From Turneriella sp. (GTDB lineage: Bacteria > Spirochaetota > Leptospiria > Turneriellales > Turneriellaceae), in assembly GCA_965279515.1 (NCBI GenBank), contig CBDIID010000003.1, forward strand, positions 2,208,001-2,272,000: a stretch of 64,000 bases of DNA, written 5' to 3'. Of this stretch, positions 1 through 9,858 are shown in pieces; the first letter of the stretch is position 1, and each line of letters opens with the position of its first letter. The notes beneath the pieces were generated by a model. The model searched no databases, was not told where the DNA came from, and saw nothing but the letters and a program-made list of their open reading frames with translations. Made by a program: the position numbers and the translations under genes.

Positions 1-2
1 TG

Positions 3-590
3 TCGGCGTTGTTTGCCGTTGTTTCCGCCGGGGCAAAAACAGCAGCCCGAATCAAAGATGAGGGTACCGGACTCGGCCTCATTATCTGCAAAGAATTTGT
101 CGAAGCAAATGGCGGCACAATCGGGGCGGCGAGCGAACCGGGAAAAGGCAGCTGCTTCTGGTTCGAGATTCCCGCAGGAATCGAGGCGGCTTCGGCAACA
201 CGGCCCGGTCTACCGCAGAACCTGAGACTGCTGCGTGCGCTTATCATTGAAGACAATGCGATCCACCAGCGCCTCGCCGAAGGCGTGCTGGCAGAAATCG
301 GCATCGGCGCCGAAATAGCGGGCGATGGCCAGGCAGCCTGGGACATGCTGCAGCGTCAGGCCTTCGACTTCATTCTACTCGATGTAAAACTTCCCGGCAT
401 GGACGGATTTACCCTGGCGGCAAAACTCGCTACCCAGACAACGCGGCCCCGTGTGATCTTTCACTCGAGTTTCAGCGAAGAAGAGATTTTGCAACATGTC
501 ACCGCTGCAGATTTTGATGCCGTGTTGCCGAAACCGCTTGATCGAGACGCGCTGACGGCAATTCTGACCCGGTTCTATGCTGCAGACTGA
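3..590 (+). CDS. Hybrid sensor histidine kinase, C-terminal part (HATPase_c + receiver); 5'-partial
   Basis: G-box motifs GTGLGL and GKGSCFWF, then a receiver domain (LIIEDN...[12 protein letters not shown]...LPKP). The frame is open to the window edge. Confidence 0.9.
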   Translation, partial: SALFAVVSAGAKTAARIKDEGTGLGLIICKEFVEANGGTIGAASEPGKGSCFWFEIPAGIEAASATRPGLPQNLRLLRALIIEDNAIHQRLAEGVLAEIGIGAEIAGDGQAAWDMLQRQAFDFILLDVKLPGMDGFTLAAKLATQTTRPRVIFHSSFSEEEILQHVTAADFDAVLPKPLDRDALTAILTRFYAAD

Positions 591-1224
591 ATCGCCGATT
601 CGACTCGTGATCGCCGAAGACCATCCGGTGTTTCTGGACGGACTTATCGCCAATTTCAAAAAACACCCCGAATTCGAAATTGTCGGCCGTGCGGGTGACG
701 GCCATGAGTTTCTGAAACTCATCGGGGAGCGCGCGGCAGACGTCGCACTGGTCGACATCTTCATGCCGAACCTCGACGGCATCGAAGCCCTGAAGCAGGC
801 ACGCACCACGAGGCCAGAGCTGAAGATCGTCATCATGACCGGCAACATCGAACCCGAGTTCTTAAATCTCGCCCTGTCGTCAGGGGCTACCGGCTATGTC
901 TCGAAGAACGACGATTTTCTGAACATGATTCAGACGCTGAAGCTCGCGCACCAGGGCCGCAAGGCGCTGTCGCCCAAATCACAACAGATCGTTTTCGATG
1001 CGGCCTCTGCCGTGGCCAATCCCCTCGAAGTTCTTACAACCCGCGAACTCGAAGTCTTCAAACTCGTCGCGGCGGGCATCCCCAGCGAAAAGATCTGCAA
1101 CGATCTGGATATTGCCTTGCGCACTTTGGTTTTTCATAAACAAAATATTAAAGAGAAACTGCAGGTGCGCAGCACGGCAGAGATGGCCGGCATTGCGCAT
1201 AAATACCGGCTGCTGAATAAATAG
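577..1224 (+). CDS. NarL/FixJ-family response regulator (REC + LuxR HTH)
   Basis: [32 protein letters not shown]...HKQNIKEKL; overlaps the kinase stop codon. Confidence 0.93.
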   Translation: MLQTESPIRLVIAEDHPVFLDGLIANFKKHPEFEIVGRAGDGHEFLKLIGERAADVALVDIFMPNLDGIEALKQARTTRPELKIVIMTGNIEPEFLNLALSSGATGYVSKNDDFLNMIQTLKLAHQGRKALSPKSQQIVFDAASAVANPLEVLTTRELEVFKLVAAGIPSEKICNDLDIALRTLVFHKQNIKEKLQVRSTAEMAGIAHKYRLLNK

Positions 1225-1225
1225 G

Positions 1226-1828
1226 TTATTTCAGAATCGCATCAAACATGTCCGGCATTTGGTCGAGGTAAAACTTCTGCCCGCTGATTCTCCACATCGC
1301 CACATTGCCTTCGTAGATCGCCAAGGCCTTGCGCGCCAGCGCTAACTTGTCGGTCGCCGCCGGCAGATGGCCCAGACGAATCGCGTCGACAAGATAGTCG
1401 CAGAGCAGATCTTCCCACATACGGGATACCGATCTGAGCTGCGCCTGGAACTCCGCGTCGGCCTCGGGCATCTGCAGGGCGAAGCGCAGAAACGGGCAGC
1501 CGAAAAATTCGCCGCGTTTGATCTGCCTTTTTTTTGCGAGCACCCAGGCGCGAAACAGTTGGCGAGGCTCGGGGTATTGTTGCATCAAAGCCTTCAGATC
1601 TGCCATGCTCTCTTCTTCTTTGCGGCGCAGGTAGACGAGGCCGAGATCTTTTTTGGATTTAAACGTATCGTAAAAACTGCGCGGCACGACTCCGGCGGCA
1701 TCCATGAGGTCGCGCACGGGAGTCACGGCATAACCCTGGCGCGAAAACAGCGTGTCGGCGGTGGTCTCTAACCGGTCGCGCACGCTGATCGCGCTGCGCG
1801 GTTTGCGTCTGGATGGCGCCTCATTCAC
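1226..1828 (-). CDS. TetR/AcrR-family transcriptional regulator
   Basis: N-terminal HTH (ADTLFSRQGY...FYDTFKSKKDL) and a GCPF motif. Start placed at GTG 1828 because the longer ORF start runs through the operator palindrome. Confidence 0.88.
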   Translation of the reverse strand: MNEAPSRRKPRSAISVRDRLETTADTLFSRQGYAVTPVRDLMDAAGVVPRSFYDTFKSKKDLGLVYLRRKEEESMADLKALMQQYPEPRQLFRAWVLAKKRQIKRGEFFGCPFLRFALQMPEADAEFQAQLRSVSRMWEDLLCDYLVDAIRLGHLPAATDKLALARKALAIYEGNVAMWRISGQKFYLDQMPDMFDAILK

Positions 1829-1829
1829 C

Positions 1830-1863
1830 TTGACAACATACATAACACTATGTATGTTGTCAA
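1830..1863. promoter_or_regulatory. Perfect 15-bp inverted repeat forming divergent sigma70-like promoters and probable TetR operator
   Basis: TTGACAACATACATA-acac-TATGTATGTTGTCAA gives TTGACA-N17-TATGTT on both strands. Confidence 0.85.
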
Positions 1864-1902
1864 ATAAAACGCGGAGGCTCAACCATCTGCGCTGGAGGGA
1901 AC

Positions 1903-2316
1903 ATGAATGAAAATTACACCCTGAAAAAAATACTGATCCGGGGAATCCTGAGCGGGCTATTCTTCACAGCACTTTGGTCGTCGTGGGCCTATTATGCCAA
2001 CATGGCGTATGGCGTTGAAGCAGCGCGGAAGGCGGCGATTACGCAGGGAAGTTTTACCATCGTCAACGCGTTTCTCTTTACAGTGATCATGGAGTATATG
2101 TTCTCGATTGGCAAAACCGCTTTCACACGGCTGTTGCTCGCCTTTGTCTTACCAAACTCGATCGTTGCTGTGGTACTGACTTCGCTGCACTATTACCGTG
2201 GCACACCGAACGTGCTCACAACAGTCGCGCCGTCGCTGGTCATTGTCGCGGCGCTGTCGCTCGGTTATGTATTGATTGTCGGGCCCAGAAAAATCAAATC
2301 AGGCGCGGCGGCTTAG
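1903..2316 (+). CDS. Small integral membrane protein (~4 TM), probable TetR target
   Basis: GGAGG SD, hydrophobic segments, divergent from tetR. Confidence 0.75.
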   Translation: MNENYTLKKILIRGILSGLFFTALWSSWAYYANMAYGVEAARKAAITQGSFTIVNAFLFTVIMEYMFSIGKTAFTRLLLAFVLPNSIVAVVLTSLHYYRGTPNVLTTVAPSLVIVAALSLGYVLIVGPRKIKSGAAA

Positions 2317-2450
2317 CAGGCTCCGGAAAACTTCCGAAAAAGCGAAAAGCCTCGCCGTTTGCCTTGCAAACGGCTACTAAAGCGCTCCGCTGCTTTTCGC
2401 TTTTTCGGTTCCGGAAGCCTGCTAAGAGTTTCCTTTCAGGAAACTCTTAG
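2312..2450. repeat. Nested palindromic intergenic element plus a second 13-bp hairpin
   Basis: Arms 2312-2350 and 2392-2426 are near-complementary; inner hairpin GCCGTTTGC-ctt-GCAAACGGC; CTAAGAGTTTCCT-ttc-AGGAAACTCTTAG at 2422-2450. Confidence 0.75.
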
Positions 2451-3295
2451 ACCCGCAGTACCTGGTTGATGAGCGTGCCGAGCATGCCGTCGTGCGTCTG
2501 AATTGCCTTCTGGTTCGCCTCGTACATACGCTGCACCTCGATCATGTTGACCATTTCGGTGACGATGTTGACGTTCGAGGCTTCAAGAAAGCCCTGTAAA
2601 ATTTCGGGCGCCTTGACCTGATCGACCGGGCGCATGTCGCCCGATTCGGGCGTGGTGTTGTAAAATGACAATCCGACTTTGTCAAGATGCCGGGGATGGT
2701 CTACGGTGCGGATCTGCAGGGTATCGAGCAATACGGGATTTTCCCACTGGTTGATATCCTTACTCGTAAAATTTCGCGGATCGTTACCCACAGCCTGGTT
2801 GATCCAGACTTCACCATTCGATTTCACAATGTAGTTGTTATGGTTCACGCGGATCGGCCCCTTCTCGCCCATCAGCGGAAAACCGTCGGGCGTCACCAGC
2901 ATACCGTTGCGGTCTAAAATAAAGGCGCCGCTGCGTGTCAGGCGGGGCCCTGCCTGGGACTCCACCACGAGAAAACCGTCGCCATTGATCGCAAGGTCCT
3001 GGTCACGGTCGGTCTTCTTCAACGCGCCCTGATCAAAACGCGTAAAAACCTCATTCACTTCGCTGCCGGTGCCGAGCTTCCCTACTAAAGGAGAGATATC
3101 AAAGCCGCCCATGGGCATCCAGCCTACACCGTCGTCGCGCGTGCGGTGAATCAGAACCTCGGGGTTGGCGCGGAATATTGTCACATCTTCTTTGAAGGCC
3201 GTCTTATCCACGTTCGCGATATTGTTCGCCACCGTGTCCATTTTGACCTGCATCGCGCTCATTCCCGACGCGCCTGTGTAAATACCCCGCAGCAT
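2447..3295 (-). CDS. Flagellar basal-body rod protein, FlgF/FlgG (FlhO-like) family
   Basis: [12 protein letters not shown]...[49 protein letters not shown]. Confidence 0.92.
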   Translation of the reverse strand: MLRGIYTGASGMSAMQVKMDTVANNIANVDKTAFKEDVTIFRANPEVLIHRTRDDGVGWMPMGGFDISPLVGKLGTGSEVNEVFTRFDQGALKKTDRDQDLAINGDGFLVVESQAGPRLTRSGAFILDRNGMLVTPDGFPLMGEKGPIRVNHNNYIVKSNGEVWINQAVGNDPRNFTSKDINQWENPVLLDTLQIRTVDHPRHLDKVGLSFYNTTPESGDMRPVDQVKAPEILQGFLEASNVNIVTEMVNMIEVQRMYEANQKAIQTHDGMLGTLINQVLRV

Positions 3296-3431
3296 AGTTG
3301 ATTATCGATGGGGGGATGCCTTTCGGTGAGGGATTTTTATTCGCCCGGCATGCCCGGTCGCAGCTTTTCCCAGAGTTACAACGATACATGAGAAAAAAAC
3401 AGGCTTTTTCGGTATTTCTTATGTAAACACC

Positions 3432-3968
3432 ATGCAATGCAGAAAACAACCCCGGTTTTTGGCCGACAAACCTGTGCAAATCACTCATCTTTTGGAGATA
3501 CGGCTGGCGCCCATACACTGGAACAGAATTAAACTAGCCTCCTGGCAGCGTCGCCGTACCTACTCGACCATAACCCGCTACTGCACCTTGCGCCTGGCGC
3601 GCAAGTGCTCGCTGCGCTGGACGCCTAAGTTGCAGGTCGCGGCGACGGGCGTTAGGCAGGGACTTGAGATAGCACAGGATATTCATCGCCATATGATGTG
3701 TTTGTATGGGGATGATGCGAAGCTTATCCGCCTTGCCGCAATTGAACTGGGTTTAACCATCACGGGCTTCGTTCGGTTGGCGATTGAGCTCTATCTCCAA
3801 ACGCTGGTTATGGAAAAACGTAGCCAGCGATTGGTGTCGAACGCTAGTCTAACGTGGGATGGCATTCGCTGTATCGAAAACATCCAAATATTCGCCATAA
3901 ACGGCGGTGCCCGGCCATTCTATCGCAATCTAAGCTGCCTGTGCTTCGATCCGGATAGCTATTGGTGA
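3432..3968 (+). CDS. Hypothetical protein with two ribbon-helix-helix-like segments
   Basis: 178-aa ORF filling the intergenic space; MCLYGDDAKLIRLAAIELGLTITGFVRLAIELYL resembles an RHH. Confidence 0.55.
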   Translation: MQCRKQPRFLADKPVQITHLLEIRLAPIHWNRIKLASWQRRRTYSTITRYCTLRLARKCSLRWTPKLQVAATGVRQGLEIAQDIHRHMMCLYGDDAKLIRLAAIELGLTITGFVRLAIELYLQTLVMEKRSQRLVSNASLTWDGIRCIENIQIFAINGGARPFYRNLSCLCFDPDSYW

Positions 3969-4016
3969 ATCAAACCCGCATAACCCGACAAAAGACGTCC
4001 ACGCTCACAAGCCAAG

Positions 4017-4045
4017 TCGACAAAGCCGTTTTTTTACCCTATAAA
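4017..4045 (+). promoter_or_regulatory. Candidate sigma70 promoter
   Basis: TCGACA-N17-TATAAA upstream of the 4117 gene. Confidence 0.45.
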
Positions 4046-4071
4046 CAGCGCAGTTGAGCTCCAAAAGCACT

Positions 4072-4093
4072 CCGGGGGAGACCCCGGTTTTTT
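4072..4093 (+). terminator. Intrinsic terminator-like hairpin
   Basis: CCGGGG-gaga-CCCCGG followed by T6. Confidence 0.6.
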
Positions 4094-4116
4094 AACGGGC
4101 CAACGAGGAAAAAAAT

Positions 4117-4854
4117 ATGAAAAAGCAAATGTTAATCAGTTTATGCATAGCAGGTATTGTAGCACAAGGCCTCAATGCCGCACCGGCTGCCGAAAGCCCT
4201 TCACCGGCAAAGGCAAAGGGCCGTCAGGCAACAATTTCACTCTGGGGCGGCTATACTCCCTATGTCGGCGCCGTCGACAAGAGCGAGTATAACTCCGCCT
4301 GCGACGTTTATACGAAGGCAGGGGGGAGCTGCACAAACAAGTTTGGCGGTTATGCCGGCGGTGTGGATCTCTGGATGGGTAATGTTGCGCAGATCGGTTT
4401 TGCGGCGCAGTACTTTCAGGCAGCGAGCTTCGAAGGCTCTTCGAGCACCACCGTGTCATCGCCGCCACCACCGGGCAATACCACGACGGTGAAAACGACG
4501 GAGAAACTGTTTTCGCACTTCATTCCGCTGATGGCGCAGTTCCGCTTCCACCCGAAATTTTTCTATATCGGTATCGGAGCAGGAGCCGCGATCAACATCA
4601 CGAGCTATGAATTTACCGTAAGCAATTCCACGACCAGCGGCCGCAAGACGTCGAACCCAACAGGATTTTTCGCCCAGGCAACGCTCGGGATCGCCATTCC
4701 CCTGTCAGACAATGTCAGCGTCGACGCCTTTGTCAAAGGCTCGCTGCTAACCGTGTTCTATGAAGCCACGAAGGATTCGAGCGGTAACTACACATACCAG
4801 AGTGCCAGCGCATGGGCTGTGACTCCTGGTATTGCATTCTCTTTTCACTTCTGA
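4117..4854 (+). CDS. Exported outer-membrane beta-barrel-like protein
   Basis: Signal peptide, alternating amphipathic strands, C-terminal ...IAFSFHF. Confidence 0.7.
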   Translation: MKKQMLISLCIAGIVAQGLNAAPAAESPSPAKAKGRQATISLWGGYTPYVGAVDKSEYNSACDVYTKAGGSCTNKFGGYAGGVDLWMGNVAQIGFAAQYFQAASFEGSSSTTVSSPPPPGNTTTVKTTEKLFSHFIPLMAQFRFHPKFFYIGIGAGAAINITSYEFTVSNSTTSGRKTSNPTGFFAQATLGIAIPLSDNVSVDAFVKGSLLTVFYEATKDSSGNYTYQSASAWAVTPGIAFSFHF

Positions 4855-4863
4855 GGAGAGTCT

Positions 4864-5310
4864 GTGGAAACCGACAAAAAAATCCGCATTGTACAGATTC
4901 TGCTGACGCTGACAGCTATCGAATTTTTTGGCCCGGCGCTGCGTGACGCCGGGGAATCACATCTCACCAACGCCGCATGGCCGGGCCATGCGCGCGTGCA
5001 CATGATGTGGCTTATCGCCTACATGGTCACGTCAGGCATTGCCAATGTCTACCTGATTTGGCTGAGGCGTCCGTTCACACTGCAGAATCTCTATCTGTCA
5101 TTCGGATGGCAAACCTGTAACCTCGCGGCATTCTGGCTGGCGGTCATTCTCTCTCCGGCATACGGTGGCGCAGTCATCGATGGGGTTTACCATGTTGAAA
5201 TCATGGGCATCAATGAGAATATTCTCGCCTTCACGCTGCTTTCGTCGCTGACGGCGATGTCCTTCGCGTACTTCCACTTCCACGTGGTGCCACGCCACCG
5301 GAGCGCCTGA
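4864..5310 (+). CDS. Membrane protein with WPGHARVH motif (DUF6640-like)
   Basis: Four hydrophobic segments; HLTNAAWPGHARVH; stop overlaps the next start. Confidence 0.65.
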   Translation: METDKKIRIVQILLTLTAIEFFGPALRDAGESHLTNAAWPGHARVHMMWLIAYMVTSGIANVYLIWLRRPFTLQNLYLSFGWQTCNLAAFWLAVILSPAYGGAVIDGVYHVEIMGINENILAFTLLSSLTAMSFAYFHFHVVPRHRSA

Positions 5311-7076
5311 TGGCGAGGCTGGGCATGCTGCGCACGCAGGTACTCATCATCGGCGGCGGCCCCTCGGGCATGGTCGCTGCGCTTTGTCTCGCAGCATGTG
5401 GTGTGAAGAGTGTGATCGTTGAAAAACGCAGCACGCCATCCCGGCATCCCAAGGGCCACGAGGTCAGCGCGCGTACGCTCGAAATTCTGACGCAGTTGGG
5501 CATCCCATTTAAAGAACTCGAGGCAGAGGCGTCGCCGCATGAGGATGCCTCGCGTATTCTGTTCTGCCGCACCCTGAATGAAGAGATCGGCCGTATCGAT
5601 CTTAACGAGAAATCGATCCGCGAAAAATACGCGGCGCATACGGCGCTGCCACGCCCCTATCTCAACCTCTCGCAGACCGAACTCGAAAAAGTTCTGCGCC
5701 GGCATGTTACGAAAAACAAATCAGTTACACTGCTCACGGGTGCAGAATGGAAATCGCTCAGCCAGCAGGCCGACGGCGTGACATGCGTCGCACGGCGCGC
5801 CGAGGGCGAGGTGCTGGAAATCCGTTGTGACTATGTGTTCAGCTGCGATGGTGCGGGCGGAAAATGCCGCGATTTTCTCGGCATTCGTATGACCGGGCCT
5901 GAGAAAATTCAGGATGTCGTCAATGCCTACTTCACCGATGATCTGCGGGCAAAAATCAAAACGCCGGCAAAACTTTTCTTTGTCTTCAAGCCCGACGCCG
6001 TCGGTACGTTCATCGCCCACCATGCGGCGAAGCGCTGGGTCTACCACGTGCCGGTGATGACTCCGCACGAGAAAATCGAAGATTATACCGAAGACGTTTT
6101 CCGTGAGCGTATCGCAAAAGCGATGGGAGATCCGCACTTTAAGGCGAATATTCAATCGATCAGCTCATGGCGCATGACGGCCCAGGTCGCCGAGACCTTC
6201 CAAAAGGGTCGGGTATTTCTCGTCGGCGACAGTGCTCACCGCTTTCCGCCGACCGGGGGCCTTGGGCTCAATTCGGGTGTGGCAGACGCGCACAATCTGG
6301 CATGGAAAATCGCGGCGGTCCTCAACGGCGAAGCATCGCCTGAGCTTCTCGCAAGCTATGAAAAAGAGAGAAAGCCCGTCGTCGCCGTGAATAGCGAAGA
6401 GAGCCGCCGGAATTTTTTCAACCTGCTTAAGATCCCGGCGGCACTCGGCATCAACGCACATGTACTGCCCTGGATCATGGCATGCCTCGCGCTGCCGCCA
6501 TTGCGCTGGTTGGGAAAAGGCTTTAGAAAATCTGCACTCCGCCTGATCTTTGATCTCGGCGATAAGATGCTGCGGCGCTATGCCACGAAACCCAAATTAC
6601 AAAAACGTGTACAATCTGCTGTTTCGGAGCAAATCTCGCATTTCGACCGCATCGGTCTCGACCTGGGTTTCCATTATGGCCGGGACGCTGATCTCACACG
6701 AACGACGCAGTATGCACCCGATTTTTCGCCCGGTTCGCGTTTGCCGGTATTTTCGTTTCGGCAGTCGGGTCGGGAGATTATCTCTCACACGCTGATACGT
6801 TACACACGATTCTCGCTGCTCATTGGCGAAAAAGCCCTGTCTCTGTGGCGCCGGCATGCCCATGCGCTGCATACGGATATACAGTTGAAGCTCGCTGCAG
6901 TCCCCGAAACAGTGTATATCGGCGGCAAAGCGGTAGCTTTTCCGCGCACGGGGGCTATCCTCATTCGGCCCGACGGGCATATCGCTGCAAATTTCAGCAG
7001 CGCCGATAACGCCTATGAGGCATTGGCGCAATACTTTGAAAACTCAGGGTTCACAAACTGGAGGATCGCTTCATGA
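5310..7076 (+). CDS. FAD-dependent aromatic monooxygenase (PheA/TfdB-like, FAD_binding_3)
   Basis: IIGGGPSG, CDGAGG, RVFLVGDSAHRFPPTGGLGLNSGVADAHNLAWK, LIRPDGHIA. Confidence 0.92.
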   Translation: MARLGMLRTQVLIIGGGPSGMVAALCLAACGVKSVIVEKRSTPSRHPKGHEVSARTLEILTQLGIPFKELEAEASPHEDASRILFCRTLNEEIGRIDLNEKSIREKYAAHTALPRPYLNLSQTELEKVLRRHVTKNKSVTLLTGAEWKSLSQQADGVTCVARRAEGEVLEIRCDYVFSCDGAGGKCRDFLGIRMTGPEKIQDVVNAYFTDDLRAKIKTPAKLFFVFKPDAVGTFIAHHAAKRWVYHVPVMTPHEKIEDYTEDVFRERIAKAMGDPHFKANIQSISSWRMTAQVAETFQKGRVFLVGDSAHRFPPTGGLGLNSGVADAHNLAWKIAAVLNGEASPELLASYEKERKPVVAVNSEESRRNFFNLLKIPAALGINAHVLPWIMACLALPPLRWLGKGFRKSALRLIFDLGDKMLRRYATKPKLQKRVQSAVSEQISHFDRIGLDLGFHYGRDADLTRTTQYAPDFSPGSRLPVFSFRQSGREIISHTLIRYTRFSLLIGEKALSLWRRHAHALHTDIQLKLAAVPETVYIGGKAVAFPRTGAILIRPDGHIAANFSSADNAYEALAQYFENSGFTNWRIAS

Positions 7077-8050
7077 AAATCATACTCTTCGACATTCTCT
7101 TCATTCTCGCGGGTTGCTCAGTTTTCCTGGGTTGGTATCTCTTCAGGCCGTTACGGCATCATCCGCAACCGGCAGCGTTCGTTTGCCTGAACGAAGCGGA
7201 CGGAAAATTCAGTTCGCTACCGTTAAGACCGAAACACATTTTCGGCATCGGCTTAAGTTATGCGCAGCATATCGATGAAACGGCGCATGAATTCGATCCG
7301 CAGGGTGGTCCCGCCGTCTTTATCAAAGACCGCCGCTCGCTGAAACCGGGCGGTGGCGAAACTGAAATACCCGGCATGAGTGATTTGCTCGAAGCCGCAG
7401 CCGGCGTTGATGCGACGCTGCGCAAAACCTTGCGCGAAAAATTTCAGGATTTTCCGCCGCTGATGGACTATGAGGCAGAGTTGGGATTTACACTTTTGGA
7501 GAACATTTCTGACGATGAGCTGCATGACCCGTCGTACATTCCCAAACTCGGCTTTCTGATTGCAAATGACCTTTCGGCGCGCGCGCTGCAGGTTCTCGGC
7601 GAGGGTATGCCGAACCGCCTGGAATACTGGGGCATGTCGAAAAGCCTGGAAGATTTCTTACCGACGTCGAAAAAGGTCTGGGTGCCGAACGAACACGTTG
7701 CCGACGCGATTCCCTGTATCACGCTCGAAACGCGCGTCAACGGGGAGATCCGCCAAAGTGCGAAAACCAACAACATGATCTACACCCCACGCCAGATGCT
7801 GATCGCCGCGCGTGCGACATACCCGCAGCTGCCGCTGCTGAAGGGCGACATCGTCATCATGGGTACGCCGGGCGGCATCGCGCTCTCAGCGCCGCGCTTC
7901 AAGGCCCGGCTTGCGGAGCTGTTTCGTTTTAGCCGGTTTACGAAGCTCAGGTTTATTCTCAAGGGTGATCAGAGTAAGTTCCTGAAGCCGGGCGATAAAG
8001 TGACTGTCAGTGGCGGCTGGTTTGGTGAAATCAGGTCGCAGCTGAAATAA
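7073..8050 (+). CDS. Fumarylacetoacetate hydrolase family protein with N-terminal TM anchor
   Basis: GIGLSYAQH, DYEAELG, ANDLSAR, GDIVIMGTPGG, LKPGDKV. Confidence 0.88.
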   Translation: MKIILFDILFILAGCSVFLGWYLFRPLRHHPQPAAFVCLNEADGKFSSLPLRPKHIFGIGLSYAQHIDETAHEFDPQGGPAVFIKDRRSLKPGGGETEIPGMSDLLEAAAGVDATLRKTLREKFQDFPPLMDYEAELGFTLLENISDDELHDPSYIPKLGFLIANDLSARALQVLGEGMPNRLEYWGMSKSLEDFLPTSKKVWVPNEHVADAIPCITLETRVNGEIRQSAKTNNMIYTPRQMLIAARATYPQLPLLKGDIVIMGTPGGIALSAPRFKARLAELFRFSRFTKLRFILKGDQSKFLKPGDKVTVSGGWFGEIRSQLK

Positions 8051-8092
8051 TAAATGATGACATAATATTGAGGATAAAAGAAAGCTGCGGGA

Positions 8093-9778
8093 GTGATTAT
8101 CCTCAAGGAAATCGTTCAGAGCGCGGCCGGTAAGATTTATCATTTCTGCCGACTGCGCTCCGACGGCCTGGAGCTCGACGCCCTCAATATCTCACTCGAT
8201 GGTCAGGGGGCAATCGTATCGATTGAAATATTACATAACATTGAGGGAGATTGTGCCTTCTCTGATTCCGGCGAACTGGTCCATTGTACTGCATGGGAAT
8301 CAGAAGCCGAGGCCCAGCAGGCATCCGACTGGTCGCGTCATTATCCGCTGCGCGTCGGCATCGCAAAGGCCGGCCGGGCCGAAGCGTTGCGGATTTTTCA
8401 CAATTTGAGATCGGTCATCTACGATAATTATCTGAAACACCTGCTGGGGATATTCCCCAGTGGCAAAACGCGATTAATCTTCGATGAATCTCTGTACACC
8501 GTTTACATACCAGAGCTAGCACAACCCCAGCCAGCTGCGGATGTACCGGAATCAGAAAGTGATGTGCGCAGCTTCTTTAACAGGCATAGGCGCGTGCTCA
8601 GGATATGCGGGATCAGCATGTTGGTACTTTGTGGCGGTCTCGTCGCATTTCTGTTAAGAAAACCCAAGTTCCCCCCAAGAACCGAAGAGATGGCGCGCAT
8701 GGGCAAAACAGAGCTACTGCCAGCGCTGAAATTCCTCGATCGGGATTTCTCCGAAATACTGCAGCAGTACGGCCGCGAACACGGGCCGGGGCTCCCGGCC
8801 TATGGTGAAAAAGCTGCCGACGTCGAATTCAAGTCACCAGACCAATTTCTGGATGACTTGTATCCCCTGGATAAAGAGATACAAATCCGGATATTCCATG
8901 ATCAAGTTTTCAAAAATGTAAAATTTTTTTCCCGGGAAAAGGCGGGAATTTTTCGTCGTTTGTTCGATGAAAATCTGATCCGCACCATCTCGATGACGCC
9001 AGACGGCATTATCCCTTTTGCATTCGACTATCTCAAAAACCAGCTCGATAAGAATTCACTGCTCAATTATACCCTCTACCTGATTACCCATGAACAGAAC
9101 TCCGCGTTGGCGATTGAGGCAATGCTGATTTTTTTCCGGATAACGGAAATTCAAAAGCATACCGTTAGCTTTATCTTTTATGAGCGAGAGATCCGTGAAA
9201 CATGTATTAACCGGGACTTTGAAAGATTAAAACATCCGAATGAAGCCATAATACTCTGCGAAACACTTGAAAAGCATAATGCATGGAAGATGATGGACAA
9301 GGAAATTTTAATGGGAAAATTCCATACAATGCAGGAGAGCATACTCAAGCACCTAAGTGCCAGCGCCGGGCAAAGTACCCGGCTTGCAGACATTAAATTC
9401 GAATTAGCCCTGGTGCGCTTCGAGGCCGCACAGACTCCTGCAGATATGGCATCTGCGATTGCACTCTTTTATGAGATTCCCGTACCGGCGGAACCGGGCG
9501 GCTTCGCGTACAGGGAATCCCATCAACAACTTCTCAAGCTGTTTGCCCAGAAGCAGCCTGAATTGCGCTCTCTTCGGAATAGGAAGAAAGAAGAGGGAGA
9601 TCTCAGCAAACTGACAGCTAAGGCCGATGCCTTACGTTCATCGTTAAACCGGAGCGCGAAAATTCCGGCTACTCTAAAGGATCAGGTAAGCCAGACAATG
9701 CGGAAATGGCACGCCAACGTTGCCGAAAGAAATATCAAACGGGCACGGAAGTTCGCGGAAAAAACCGTAAATAAATAG
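8093..9778 (+). CDS. Hypothetical protein with one internal TM segment
   Basis: 561-aa ORF; TM near residues 170-188; appears more AT-rich than its neighbours. Confidence 0.65.
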   Translation: MIILKEIVQSAAGKIYHFCRLRSDGLELDALNISLDGQGAIVSIEILHNIEGDCAFSDSGELVHCTAWESEAEAQQASDWSRHYPLRVGIAKAGRAEALRIFHNLRSVIYDNYLKHLLGIFPSGKTRLIFDESLYTVYIPELAQPQPAADVPESESDVRSFFNRHRRVLRICGISMLVLCGGLVAFLLRKPKFPPRTEEMARMGKTELLPALKFLDRDFSEILQQYGREHGPGLPAYGEKAADVEFKSPDQFLDDLYPLDKEIQIRIFHDQVFKNVKFFSREKAGIFRRLFDENLIRTISMTPDGIIPFAFDYLKNQLDKNSLLNYTLYLITHEQNSALAIEAMLIFFRITEIQKHTVSFIFYEREIRETCINRDFERLKHPNEAIILCETLEKHNAWKMMDKEILMGKFHTMQESILKHLSASAGQSTRLADIKFELALVRFEAAQTPADMASAIALFYEIPVPAEPGGFAYRESHQQLLKLFAQKQPELRSLRNRKKEEGDLSKLTAKADALRSSLNRSAKIPATLKDQVSQTMRKWHANVAERNIKRARKFAEKTVNK

Positions 9779-9858
9779 CATTCACTCCGGAATCCGGGCG
9801 TTATAAAATTTACGTGACGACCTGAGAAAAAATACAGGACTAATTTATCTTTTAATCG

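Noticed and set aside
3296..3340. Possible sigma28 promoter for the flagellar gene (ATCGATAA)
   Set aside because: There is no TAAA -35 element at the proper spacing.
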